NCBI GenBank assembly: GCA_020891255.1
Contig: BQFW01000002.1
Span: forward strand, 3,472,001 to 3,536,000
DNA from: Entomortierella parvispora E1425
Taxonomy: Eukaryota; Fungi; Mortierellomycota
Length of the DNA: 64,000 nt
Direction: 5' to 3'
The notes beneath the pieces are model-generated. The model was not told the DNA's origin and ran no database searches. It saw only the letters and a program-made list of their open reading frames with translations. Below are positions 19,829-32,774 of the stretch, piece by piece; position 1 is the first letter of the stretch; the number at the start of each line of letters is the position of its first letter. A program made the position numbers and the translations under genes.

Positions 19829-22800
19829 ATGGAGACCAACGCTGGCAGCAGCAGCACAGGAAATCAGCCGCCTGGGAATGGAAAGGCACATCCTCAGCCC
19901 TCGATCCCAGGACATGCTGGTGGAAGCACTTCGCAGAACCCGCTCATGACGCGTGTGAATCAGAGCTCGGGCGACCTGGCGCAGTTCGCCACCGTAGGAA
20001 CACAACAGGCACCGCCCTCGGTAATAGGCGACTTTGTAGGATTATCTAGTGGACAGCGACCTCCACACCACCGGCCACATGGCGGGGCACAAGATATTGG
20101 CGATACCTTGCGAAATATCCAACTCGGAGGTCTGGATGACGAGACGAATGAACTGGATGAAGATATGGAGGAAGACGACATTACATTAGATTACAGTCAA
20201 CTGCAACGACAAGAGCAACTGGGGAATGAAGAGGCATCTGGCTCCTCGACTACAGGAGTCCCCATTTCTGTGGACATGATGGCTGTCGCATCTGCAGTTG
20301 ACCCGAAGGGACTTATGGCCATATCTGGACAAGAGTAAGAGCGGATGAAATGTTTTGTATGCACACACCCTTTGTATTCTATTGAAAATGGCACTGATAT
20401 TGTCCTCGTTCCTGTCTACTTTACTTTTGATAGTTCATGGGACCCAACAGAGGGGTTTGATGAAGGACTGGATGAGGATGAACTGGACATGGATGACCCT
20501 GCGATGGAGGAGCTGGGATTTGCTCTTCAGCCAAAAACAAAAAGAGCCAAAAGAAAAGAGAGAAAGGTATGGTGACAATAGCGTTGATGCTTGTTTTATT
20601 ATAATTCTCTCATAGTTAACCCTGTCAATTATTCTTGTTGACATAGACTCAGAGGAAAGGAGGCAACGCCAATATTGTATATAGTCCAGAAGTACAGAAG
20701 CTGCTAGGAATGGCCAACAACGCTTACGTCAGGAAGGAATTTAACGAAGCTGTGGAACTCTTTCAACAAGTCATCGTCAAAGATCACCGAGTCTTTCAGG
20801 CCTGGAACATCATGGGAGTCATCCAGGAAGAGCTGGGCAACACGGAAAAGGCCTTGCAGCTCTATCTTGTAGGAGCTCATTTAACGCCGAAAGATGGTGC
20901 ACTCTGGAAAAAGCTCGCAAAGATTTCAAAGTATGGCACAGCACCAGGCATTATGGCATTTGTTTTATAGGAAAAAGGATCCTGACATCTAATTTTCATG
21001 TCAACACAGGGATTGTGGATATAACCAGCAAGCACTATACTGTTTTTCCAAAGCTTACTCGGCCGACAAAACGGACTTGGATGCTCTTTGGGATCGGTCT
21101 GTAATGCAATCGATAATGGACCAACCGGAAAAGGCCATTAGGGGATTCACGACTCTATTGGCCTCTCGTCCACACTATATGCCAGCCCTGGAGGAAATCG
21201 TCAGTTTATACAGTACACAAAGTCAGGACAACAAAAAATACCAGGAAAATATGCACCGAGCATTGGAACTGTATGAGGCTGCTTATCTGCACTACTCCTC
21301 CATGCCGGACCGGTTTGCCACTGCGAGCGACGATCCTTTTGATGTTCATGTGGAGAATCAAGAGGAAGGCGAACCTTTCGGGTACTCTGCATTGAACATG
21401 CTGAGTGATCTCTATATCATGTTTGAAGAGTACGAAAAACCACTTCAGATCATCAAGACTTGGTCAAGACGACTTCAGAAGAGAGCTCATCAGACTTGGT
21501 GGGATGATTACAAGGATGATCGGGAGTTTGACACGGACGCCTATGACGAGGAGTTACAGGCATCCTTGGGCGAGAATCGAACGCGAGGACTGCCAATCGA
21601 TTTGCGTATCAAAATCGGAACCTGTCGACTCATGTTAGAAGAGGTCAAAGAGGCAAAGGTGAGTCTTGCAAAGTTTAAGAACCGAGCAGGCAAACTTCCT
21701 GTCAGGACCATGAATGAAACTGACCTATCTTGATGATCTATTCTCTAGGCCCAATTCAAATATCTTTGGAAATGCTCCGTCGAGGATTTTCCAGATCTGT
21801 ATGAGGGAATTGCTGAGCTCTATGTTTCAAAGATGATGTGGAAGGACGGTTATAATGTCATTAGAGCCATGCTCCAGTTTGATGAGCTGGATATTCCCAA
21901 GGTTTGGATCATGGCAGGAGAGTGTCTTCGAAACATGCATCGCACTAAGGAGGCCCGTGATTTCCTTGAGCAAGGTTGGTGTTGTATATGAGCAAACGAT
22001 TCGCAGGACTTTTGTTAGCGATCAACAAACTGATTTTTTTTTTCCGTTTTGAAAACTAGCCCATCGCGCGGATCCAACAAACCTGAACGTGAATCTTTTG
22101 CTGGCTGAGGTTTATGAAGAACTGGGAAGTCTTCCTCAAGCGCTGACGCTCGTAAATTATGGTAATGATTGCATTGTGAATCGCCAGCTGGATATATCGG
22201 CCCAATGTCGTATTAATTACGGCCCAACGACTCCTATTGTTTTTCACCATTGTTATAGTTCGTCAGGTCAATGCTGAAAAGCAAGCAGAGGTCGAAAGGA
22301 AACGCAGGGAAAACAAATTGGCCAGGGATGCTAAACTTGGCAAGGACACTTCCGAGCTTGATGACCGTGTTCCTCAGGCCTATCTTCTCGACCCCAACTA
22401 TGCCAATCTGGGCTACCGACAAATTGCTCCAAGGGTGGAATCGTCAACTCAAAAGGATATTACCCAGAGTGCGGCAGTGGAAGCCATGGAGCGAATCCGA
22501 AGAGCTGGACAAGATCCAGCATTGGCTGCCGAGTATGCCAGCGAAGACCGAGATCGCGATATTCAACTCTTAAGGTCGCTACGAGAGCAGGAGCGAGCAG
22601 AGAGGGCACGTAAGGCTCAGCAGCCGAATGCCCAGGATGACCAAGAGGTAGCTGACAAATTCAATCGATTGGAGGCTATTTTCCTGAGGATCAACCAGAC
22701 GGAGAAATCGAGAGTATGGGAGAGCATGAGGGAAGCCGTCGCAGTGACGCGACAGGATCGGACACAATTTATCCATGCCGCGCGCGAACTCATTGATATC

Positions 22801-25312
22801 TTCAGGAACAACAAGGCGTTCTTCAAGGGCAGGACCCAACCCTACTTGGGAGGAGAAGCTAGAGCCTGGAAGTATCGCCGAGACCCGTCTAATGCAGATG
22901 GACTTTCTGAACACGTCAAGGATATGTCTGAACGTCTCGGAAGAGCCATGGGTGTGCAGGATGCAGCTCTACCGACAACCAGAGAATTAATCGATAGCCA
23001 CCTGCCGAAACCTGAGCCACCAACCAGTTACCGTGGTATCCCATTTGATGTTTGGTATCTCGTGGTGATCCGCCAAGCTGTCTATTTGACGTACGAGGAT
23101 CGTTATTCAGAAGCAGCAGAGCTATTGATGAAGATGTACAACGCCAACGTGTTTTACGCCGTTCCACGCCGAAGATCGGGAATCTTTTTGGTCTTGCTCG
23201 CCTGCGCGCTCTGGTCTGGTGACTATGGAGGAACCATCACTGCGGGTCGCTGGATCGCCCAATTCGGAGGGTTCCGACCTTTGCCGAACAAAATCTTTCA
23301 GAGTATCTTTACGTTTGGATTTAGAGGTGACCAGAAGTTCCTTGCATGGTCACAATCAACAACAAGTAAGGTCCTGAAGCGCCAAATGGAGGTCATGCGA
23401 GAAGTCCAGGGAAAGCGCGTGGCATTAACGGCTAGAAGGAGGCCATTGAGAGTCAACAAGAAGAAGATTCTAAAGCGAGGGCCAAAAAAGGTTTTCCATA
23501 TGATGGCGCCCACTTTAGAAGCTTCGGTCAAACGATTCAAGCAGGATGTCAGCGTTGATTTGAAAACGAGCGCTGAGTACCGAATGGTCCTCGAACGATT
23601 CCGGGACGGAGATGGTGCAAGCTCTAAAGCCCCTCCAGAGAAAAGGGCATACAAGAAGAAAGCAGCAGCCGAGGATCCATCGCTTTCTCATGAGGCGTCC
23701 CATGATGTTGCAGAGAACTCGGAGCAGGAGGTCGAAATTGCGGCCGAGTTAGCCAGTGGACCTTCTTCTGCTTTGGAAAATACGCCTCAAGATGGTGCAA
23801 CAGTCAGGAAGCGGAGGTTTATTGACGAGTCTGTAGATGAACCTCAAGAAGTAGAATATCAGTCTGGAGAGGAGGTAGTAGAGGAAGTTGAGAGTAGTGG
23901 TGACGATGCTTTTGACGACGACGACTATGAGGACGAGGAGCGGTACAAGACTGATTATGAGCGAGACAGAGGCGCAACAAACATTGATGACGATGATGAG
24001 AATGACACGGACTGGGAAGATGTAGAAAGCTTTCCTGGACAGAGATCAGGAGTGTTTGGAGTGAGACGGCCAGGCCCTAGAACTGCATCAGCGGAAGATG
24101 AACAAGATGATAGGCCTTCACCGGCAGCTGCAAGTCAGGCCAGGCATGGGTCAACCCATGTCAACGCTAATGATGTTCCAGGAGAACAGGAAGCGGAAAA
24201 GAATAGGACAGTGAGGGGCAGCAGGCCTTTCACGGAGCCGATGTATCCAAAGTTTCCAATCACTTTGGCCATTTTCTACGCCCATGTCTTTGCCATGACT
24301 CGGTCGCATGCCTCTGCTGCTGGTGAGGACAAAGAGACAATGCTTTTTTTTATTTTTTTATTATGGTTAAAACGAGGTTGTTGTGGACTTGGTTTCTGAC
24401 ACCCCCATCCTTCTTTTCTTAGAGCTTTACCTGGAGTGTCTGGAACATGCACCCACTCAACCTATTATCCACCTATTCGCCTCTCTACAGTACATCAACA
24501 CAGCTATGCAACGGTCCACACCTAATCGACAGCTCCTCATCGTTCGTGGACTCACGCTTCTGCAAATGTATTATCACCTCCGACGAGCGGGACATGGTAC
24601 TATTGCCTATGCACAACTCGAGAGCGAGAACAAGGCTAAAGGCAAGGCTCCAGCCCCACTTCCTACTATCCCGCCCGTTTCTAAAAAGAACAGCTGGATG
24701 GAGCAAGCCAACCAAGCGTCGGAAGAAGCGTTCAAGGCTGCCACGGCTCCAGATCCCTCTCCAGAGCAACAGTCAAAGGTATTGCCGCTCTGTCAACAAG
24801 AGGCAGAGTACAATTTTGCGAGGGCTTTTCATCAGATGGGGCAGAACAATCTGGCCCTGATGCACTACCGACGTGTTTTGGAATTGCCATCTTGGCGACA
24901 GGTGGAGCGTAACCGCAAGGAAGCCGAGAAGGCGCAGTTGCGGGAGGCTAGAGACATCAGACGGGCGGAAAGGGCGGAAAGGCGAACTCTGGCGATGGAG
25001 AGAAGGATGCATCTGACAAGTGAACGACGCCAGGCTGAAGCTGAACAAACCAACGGAAAGGGAAACAAAGAAGACGACGAGGATGAAGAAGATGATGATG
25101 AAGAGGAGGAAGAAGAGGAGGATACTGATTCCGAGGACGATGAAGATGGTGAAGGAAGCTCAGAAAAGAGACGGATCCGACTGGAGGGGGCACTGGATGA
25201 TGACCCCACGGATCTAAAGAGGGAGGCCGCTTTCAACATGGCCAAGATCTTTATGATGAGCGGTGCGTCTGCGCAAGCCAACATGGTGATGCGGAAGTAC
25301 TGCACGTTCTGA
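19829..25312 (+). CDS. TFC4: RNA polymerase III transcription factor TFIIIC TPR subunit (Tfc4 / tau131 / GTF3C3)
   Basis: Phase-consistent exons: 19829-20334, 20434-20566, 20647-20930, 21010-21658, 21749-21974, 22060-22161, 22259-24322, 24423-25312. Acidic N-terminus, then TPRs (GMANNAY...AWNIMGVIQEELGNTEKALQLYLVGAHLTPKD). C-terminal EAEYNFARAFHQMG and DLKREAAFNMAKIF...KYCTF match the Tfc4/GTF3C3 pattern. Confidence 0.9.
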
Positions 25313-26854
25313 TAGAGTGGCCAACAACCTAGCACCTCCTAAAAAAGGAAAGGACACAGGTTTTGTTCCCAATGACGACCAGACATCCAGACATCCAGAC
25401 ATCCAACGGGTCAAGAATAGCTTTGCTTGGCTGTGCTTACCCAGGAATTGTGGCTGCGAAGATGTTTTACTGCGGCCGACCTCACTTTTAAATTTCAATG
25501 GGCGAAAGCCCAAAAAATAAAGTTGCAACCTTTTCATTCTGTCATCATCGTCATGGAAGGTAAGGAAGGGTGGTACAGAGAGGAGATATTCCAGCCCTGT
25601 TCAATGTTGTCGGACACGACGTCCCTTTCTTTTCATGATTCCCTCCTCACCGAGGGAGGGAGGAACTTTTCTCCAGTTTTTTTTTTGTTCCCATGGAAAA
25701 GGGTTCCTGTTTGTCTTTATTTATTCCAAGGAGACCTGACTGGGCGTCCTGACTGGCGACTCCTCTTTCCTCCCTGAGATGGGCGGGTAAGGCACCTCTC
25801 CCCTTGCCCTTCAGGGACCTGCATGGCTGGCTGAATTGAGGTCGCGTGACAACCTTTTCTGGACATCAAAGGTTAGACCCGGGACCCTTTCTTCCAAGGG
25901 GGACGGAAAAGGAGGGTCTTGAGAGTTTCATATAAATAACACAACACAAAAGGGTGGATGGGCGGAGTCTAGAAAAAAAAGTACAAAGCATTTGTCAGTC
26001 CATGGTCGATGTAGGATGGCAGAGGTGGGTCCCTTGAGCTGACCACGAATTGAAGCAGGACCATGAAATGAACAAGTGAACAAAAAAGAAAAGGAAGAAG
26101 GGACGGACAGAGACCATGGATAGAGTCGACAGAGGAGAACGAGAGGCAAGGAACTATGAAGGAAGGAGATCCAGGGGGAACAGAAAGAGAGGGTCTATCC
26201 TCGGTACAGTGCTTGCATTCAAACTGAATCGACCGTTGTGGACACAAAGGCTGGTGGGAAGTCAAAAAAATTGCTCTCTTTTCTTTGGCTCAAAAGGTAC
26301 ACAGAAGAGAGGCATGACGGTCGATGTGAGCCTGAGGCAGAGAGAGAGAGAGAGAGAGAGAAAGAGAAGAGGAGACAGGAGAAATGATGTGGAAGGTGGT
26401 CATGGCTGGACCACAGCGCTATTGTAGGACTGACATGCAGATGAAGGGTACACCGTGCAGGCGCAAATAATGGCCCCTTCAATGTAGTCTTTATCTTTCT
26501 TTGGCTCAACATCCTCCGTGCCTGCCTTCCTTCCTCCGTCATCCTCGGTAGTGGATGAGGAGAAGGGAGAGAGGGGAGGAGGGGGCCAGGACAATTGCCC
26601 AGGCTCAGTCCGGGAAAGGACCAGGACACAGGAGAGTGGAGAGTGCCCAGGCAGGGGCCGTGAGCACAGAAGGCGACAGAACAAAGAGGCGAAAAAAGAA
26701 AGTCGGGACAAGTACAAAAGGAGCAAGGGCACGCTGATTCTTTTTTTTTTCTTTTCTCTTTTCTCTCTTCTCTTTTCCCCTTCCCAATCCACCCAAAAAG
26801 CACCTTTGCTCTTCTCTCTCTCTTCTCTTGAACCAAAGAACCTCTTACCATCTT

Positions 26855-29800
26855 ATGGCTGACGATAACCCCCCGATTGCCCCGTCCGAACCCGAGTCTT
26901 TAGGGAACCAACTCCCCCCCACCGCCACCACCACCGCCCACGATCATCAGGATCTGCTGCGACACACCCCCAGCAACAGCACCTCTGTCACCGCCATTTC
27001 CGACCCTGCCCACGCTGCTGCCACCGCTGCCAATTCCAATGCCAGCGCCGTAGCCACTCCCACCACCACGTCCGTCAAGCCCAACCTCTCCTTTGCCACC
27101 GAGGCCCACACGGAGCATGCCCCCGTTCATGAGGAAGCCCATGACCAGTCCAGTGTCAACATGCCCATGGCTCTGAATGGTGCTGAGCCTTCGGTTGCTG
27201 AGGGCTACTCCATTTACTCCAACATCAAGGATGGCAAGGTAACACATTGTGACCACACCCACACCCAATGCATTCGGTCATATTTGCTAGAAAGGGTCTC
27301 CTGTCTCTCCGCCACTAACGAGCTTACTTTTGTTTAAATATGATTATCATCTCCGACCCAATCTGGCCTCTCTGTGCCCTGTCTGGATCATTCCACCTTG
27401 CACGTTTCGACTCGCTTTGATTTTGTGCTCGCTCTCTCGATGGTTCATCGATTCGGGCAATCGTCCTTTTTTGTATACTCGCTCTTTGACTTGGGTCGCG
27501 TGTCGTCACAACTACAACAGGCCAGTATTGAGCACCAGATCGAGATCAACGGTAAGACTGATTGCCTTGTTTTTCAGTGAATGGAAAGCAAGCAGCCCCA
27601 TCCCATCCCAAATATCCCTTTTTCCTCTGGCGCCGATAACTGCCCTTGCACATGTACAGTTAGTCCAGGATCAGACGATCAGGCGAATCGAGAATAGACC
27701 CTTCTAATGGGTCAATCGTCTGAACTGAATCTCGGGCCGAACCACGAAAATCGCGCACACAGTTTCAACGTTACTGAAATCTGCATTGAAACAAAAAAAC
27801 AAGGTGGCCGAGGTCAATTCTAACCTGTCTGTTCCCAATTTATAGTCGTTGATCTGTTTGATGTCCAGAGCAACAAGGAAATTTCTCTGGAAGAGGTCAT
27901 GGACGGTCTCCGCTATGTGATGGAGTACCGCATCAAGGGGGGTCGTTACCCTAGTCTCGATTACGATGTCATGAAGCGTTTAGCCGATGGTCTGCTGCTC
28001 CACATGGGCGACTCTGAAAAGAAACGCAAGCTGCGCCAAAAGTTGACAGAGGAGGCTGATGTCGCCTTCCAGCTCTTTGGAGAGTTCCTCCTTGAAGGTA
28101 ACGATGATCGACTCGAATAGTGGAGTCATCTACCAACCATGCTTATCCAACCATACTAAAACGATCATCCTTTTTTGATTAATTTAATCTAGTCCAAGAA
28201 TTTCGTCAAGCTGTCGGCGAGAAGCCTGTTTCGGATCTTCGTCATGCACTCAAGCTGGACGTCCGTTGCGGCACTGGCTCTACCGAGCAGGAACAGCAAT
28301 CTGCTGTTGCCTTGATCGCTCTCTTGACCACCATCTATCCTCAGTTCTCGGACTGGCGCGAGTTGGTCAAGAGCGACGGCCAATCTGATGTCCAAAAGTG
28401 CATGAAGGAACATGCCAACTTTGTCAAGGCAGAGAAGATGCCAGAGATGGGCGGAGTCATTCTTGCTCCTCAAGGTATGTTTGCTGATATGGCTACCAAC
28501 AGTTAAAGTCTACTTTGTGTTCTTTTTGCTAATAATCCGACATATTCTTCTTACATTAGCCCTCTGCTTTGATCGTCGAATCAAGAGATGTTTGAAGATG
28601 TACAGAACTTCTTTGGAGACTGGACTCCCCACTGAAGCTATTCCCGCCCTCCAGGAGCACTATGGACGCAATATTCTTCCTCAGCCCCCTCGCACCTCAA
28701 TTTTCAAGATGATTTGGACCCAATTTACCGACTTCATGATCCTGCTATTGCTGGCTGTTGCCATCTTGATGGCCGCAACAAATGAGATCATTCCCATGAT
28801 TGTCTTGCTCGTCGTCGTCGTACTCAACGCCATCATTGGATTTACCCAAGAATACAAGGCTGGAAGAGCACTTGACGCCCTCTCAAAGCTCACAGTTCCC
28901 ACAGCCCAAGTCCTTCGCGACGGAAACACCTTCATGATCAACTCGGAAGAGTTGGTTCCTGGTGATATCGTCATCTTGGAAGAGGGTGAGTCTGTTCCTG
29001 CAGATTTGCGTTTGGCCGAGGTTTCCCAGTTGGAGATTATCGAGTCCATCTTGACTGGAGAATCCGTTGCCGTCAACAAGGACCCCAAGGAGATCAAGAC
29101 CTTGACTCGCAAACTCCCTCTTGGTGACTGCAAAGGTAACGCTTTCATGGCCACTGTTGTCGCCAAGGGCCGCGGCAAGGGTATCGTTGTCCGTACTGGC
29201 CGCTTGACTGAAATGGGAAAGATTAGTACTGCTATTACTGGAGCACCCAAGATCTTGACCCCTGTCCAGCGCAAGTTGGCTATGCTTGGAAAGCTCCTGG
29301 TCGTCTTTGCTATTGTTCTTTGTGCCGTCATGGCAGGTATCACCATCGCTTGGAGTCGTGATAATATCGGAGAGAAGCTCAAGCTTGCATTGAGGTATGA
29401 TGAACCTACGATTTGCTTTCCTGACTGCGTTGAAATGTGCTGAAATCTAACATTGACTTTACTCCAAATGTAGTTTGGCTGTTTCTGTCATCCCAGAGGG
29501 TTTGGTGGCTGTCACCACTGTCACCATGGCTTTGGGGGTTCGTCGTATGGCTACTCGCAAGGCTATTGTTCGTACACTTCCCGCGGTCGAAACTCTTGGA
29601 AGTGTCACCTTTATTTGTTCCGACAAGACTGGTACTTTGACTGAGGGCAAGATGGGCGCTGCTGAGCTCTGGACCAGCGACGGCGCTGCCTATGGCTTTA
29701 CAGAGAGCACCAGTCTTGACCCTAACAAGGGTGATGTGAGTTTGAAGACCAGCGACTCGGAGGAGCCCCAGATCTTGGAAAAGACCCTCGAAAAGGTCCC

Positions 29801-31773
29801 AGCCCAGATGTTGATCTCGCTGATGGTGTCGTCTCTTTGTAATAACTCGTCTGTGGTGCTTAAAGAGGAGGATGAAAACGCCAACATCTCTGCCGCTCCT
29901 GTAGCCGTCGAAACCACTGAAACTGAAAAGTCTGCCGATGTTGCCTCCAAGACTGCCGAGTGGAAGGGAGTTGGTGATCCCACCGAGGTCGCTCTGGTGG
30001 TTGCTGCTCAGAAGGCTGGTTTCCCCAAGTCATTTTTCCACGAACTGGGATACCAGCGCATCTATGAGCAGGCCTTTGACAGTGAACGCAAGGTCATGAG
30101 TGTCGTCTACAAGGCGCCAGTCCAAGAAACACCTGAGGAGCACTTTGAATTTGTCCTGGCCAAGGGAGCACCTGAGGAGATTCTTAACCGCTGTGTTGGA
30201 TACCTGCCCCATCTGTCCTCAGGAGAGATTGCATCACCTCTGGACGTCCTCAAACCCGGCGAACCCGAGTTTTCAAAGTCGATCACGGAGGAGTTCTATG
30301 ATAGCGTTTCAGAGGCTTCAGGTCGCATGGCCGACAATGGCCTTCGTGTCTTGGGCTTGGCCTACAAGAAGGTCAAGATCAACGGTGGCGGCGAGGTTCC
30401 ATCCGATTTGGATGATGGTTTGGATCATATCAACAAGACCAAAAGCGAGAAGGAAGCTCCTGCTTCTACCCTCAAGCCTACCAAACTGGACCTCATTACA
30501 GCTGCAAACGTTCAGCAGTTGGATGATGATGACGAAGACGAGGCAATTCCTGCAGGATACAGCGAAAACGAACTTGTTTTCCTCGGTCTGATTGGTCTGA
30601 TTGACCCAGCCCGCAGCGGTGTCCGTGAGAGTGTCCGCATCTGCAAGGAGGCTGGTATCACTGTCGTGATGATTACTGGTGATCACATCAAGACTGCCAG
30701 TGCTATTGCCAGGGAGCTCGGTATTCTCGAAGAGGGTGGCCGTGCCATTAAGGGCGAGGAACTGGACCTGTTGTCAGAGCAGGCCATCGCGGAACTGAAG
30801 CCCTTCCCTAACGTCTTTGCTCGTGTCTCTCCCGATAACAAGCTCAAGTTGGTGACTGCATTGCAGAGCCGAGGCGAGTCTGTGGCCATGACAGGAGATG
30901 GTGTCAACGGTAAGAAGAGGTCGACATTTTATAGTTGTTTGTATGTCATGATGTCGTGATACTAATTTATCCATTTGAATGCCAACAGACGCTCCTGCTA
31001 TCAAGGCCGCCAATGTTGGTGTCGCCATGGGTATTGCTGGAACTGAAATCACAAAGCAGGCCGCTGATATTGTCTTGGCCGACGACAACTTCAACACCAT
31101 CGTTGAAGCTGTGGAGGAGGGCCGTCGCGTGTTTGACAACATTCTAAAGTTCATCGTCTACCTGTTGAGCTGTAACTGTGCCGAGATTTTCCTGTTCTTG
31201 TTGTGCGCCATTGTCAATGTCGACCTTCCTTTTACTGTCACAATGGTTCTCTGGGCCAACATTATCGCGGATGTTCCTCCAGCCATGGCCTTGGGTGTAG
31301 AGCCAGCAGAGCCCGGTTTGATGAGCCGTATCCCCCGCTCGCCTAAGCGCGGCATCCTGACCAAGACATCGTTCTTTGTGGTCATCTTCCAGTCAATGGT
31401 GATGACGCTCTTGACGTTTGGCGTGTATATGATGAGCGATCGATCGACCGATGAAAAGGAAGCCTATGCCCGTTCCGAGGCGTTTGCGGTCCTGACAACT
31501 CTTCAGCTTCTCCAAGGTTTCCTTTCAAGGACAATGAGGACGTCGGTCTTCAAGGTCAGATTCACGGCCAACCGCTGGATGATCTTTGGCGTTCTCCTCA
31601 GTTTCCTGCTCATGATCGTGGGTGTCTATGTCCCAGGCCTCAACGACAAGGTCTTGACCCTGCAGTCCATCGGTGGCGTTTCGTGGGCCAAGATCATCGT
31701 CTGCTCCATCATTCTAGTGATCTGCAGTGAGCTCGAGAAACTTCTTCTCCGAGTGACGGGATGGGTCATCTAA
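26855..31773 (+). CDS. Type II P-type cation-transporting ATPase with an N-terminal EF-hand-like extension
   Basis: Phase-consistent exons: 26855-27238, 27521-27551, 27846-28097, 28193-28474, 28560-29394, 29474-30909, 30989-31773. Motifs TGES, PEGL, DKTGTLT (phospho-Asp), KGAPE, MITGDH, TGDGVNDAPA. Confidence 0.93.
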
Positions 31774-32774
31774 AAAGTCTGGAAAGACTTGCCATGTACA
31801 TACTTTTATTTTCCACATAGCTTTCACTTCACTGTCACTTTCAATCTCTTTGTTCACTTTGCCCTGAAGATGGGCCCCTGTTGTATATATCTCCACTCTA
31901 CTCTTAAAACCTTTGCTCGACTAATATTCCTCTCCACAAACAAAACATATTGTAAAACAAATAAAAAAGTGTCCGTGAGTTGCAATTGCCTTTGGGGATC
32001 AAAGTTGTAAAAATAGAGGACAGCGGGCGTGGAAGGTTGCACAGAAAGCTGCGGTGGGCCGACATCTGTTTGAGCGGACTGAAAACGAACACATGCAATC
32101 AACTCTTTTTTTTTCCCCTTCCTGCTCTAACGGTCCAAACAGAACTGCGTGATTGAATACAAGCTAATGACTTCAAGGGTATCTAACTGGCACTAAACTG
32201 AACAGTGAGAGCGAGAGAGACAACGGCGGGATTGTCGTCCATGCTGCCGTCGACATCGCCATCGCGAGTCATCAACATCATCTAGGGTGTCCATCTGTTC
32301 CTGTAGTTTTGCCAATCCCTCTCAAACGTCCATTGATGGCGCGTGATGAAGATGACAAGTGGAATTACGAGAAAAAGGGCCGACAATCGCGGCACGGAGC
32401 TAAATGGCCGTGGAGAAGAGGGAAAACACAAGCGCACGCACACTCTGAAGTCGGAGAAGACAAAGTCCACAAAGTGCTCTCAACCCTACCACCGCCTCCA
32501 CTCTTCGCTCCACCTTTTTTTTGAGCTCTCTCGTGTCAATCGCCCTTGAACAAGGTCAGTCGATTTTTTTTTACAGGTCCCTCTTGAGGTATGGATGGAG
32601 CGAGGGAGAGGAATGAATAAACCTGCTGGCTCTTCCGCTTGTTTTTTCTTTTTCTTTTTCTTTTTCTTTTTCTCTTTTTTTCCTTTTCTCTTTAGTTGAC
32701 ACTCCCCCTCCACACCTACACACATACCCTTCGACCCTTTCCCCCACTCTACCTTCCATCCTTCTCTAAACACA

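Noticed and set aside
19760-25312. Five or more separate ORFs in the track
   Set aside because: They join by canonical, phase-consistent introns into one TFC4 gene.
25378-25405. (CAGACATC)x3, and similarly (TTAAGTAGA)x~3 near 38032-38060 and (GACA)n near 612-640
   Set aside because: Short simple repeats without spacers or linked genes; no evidence of function.
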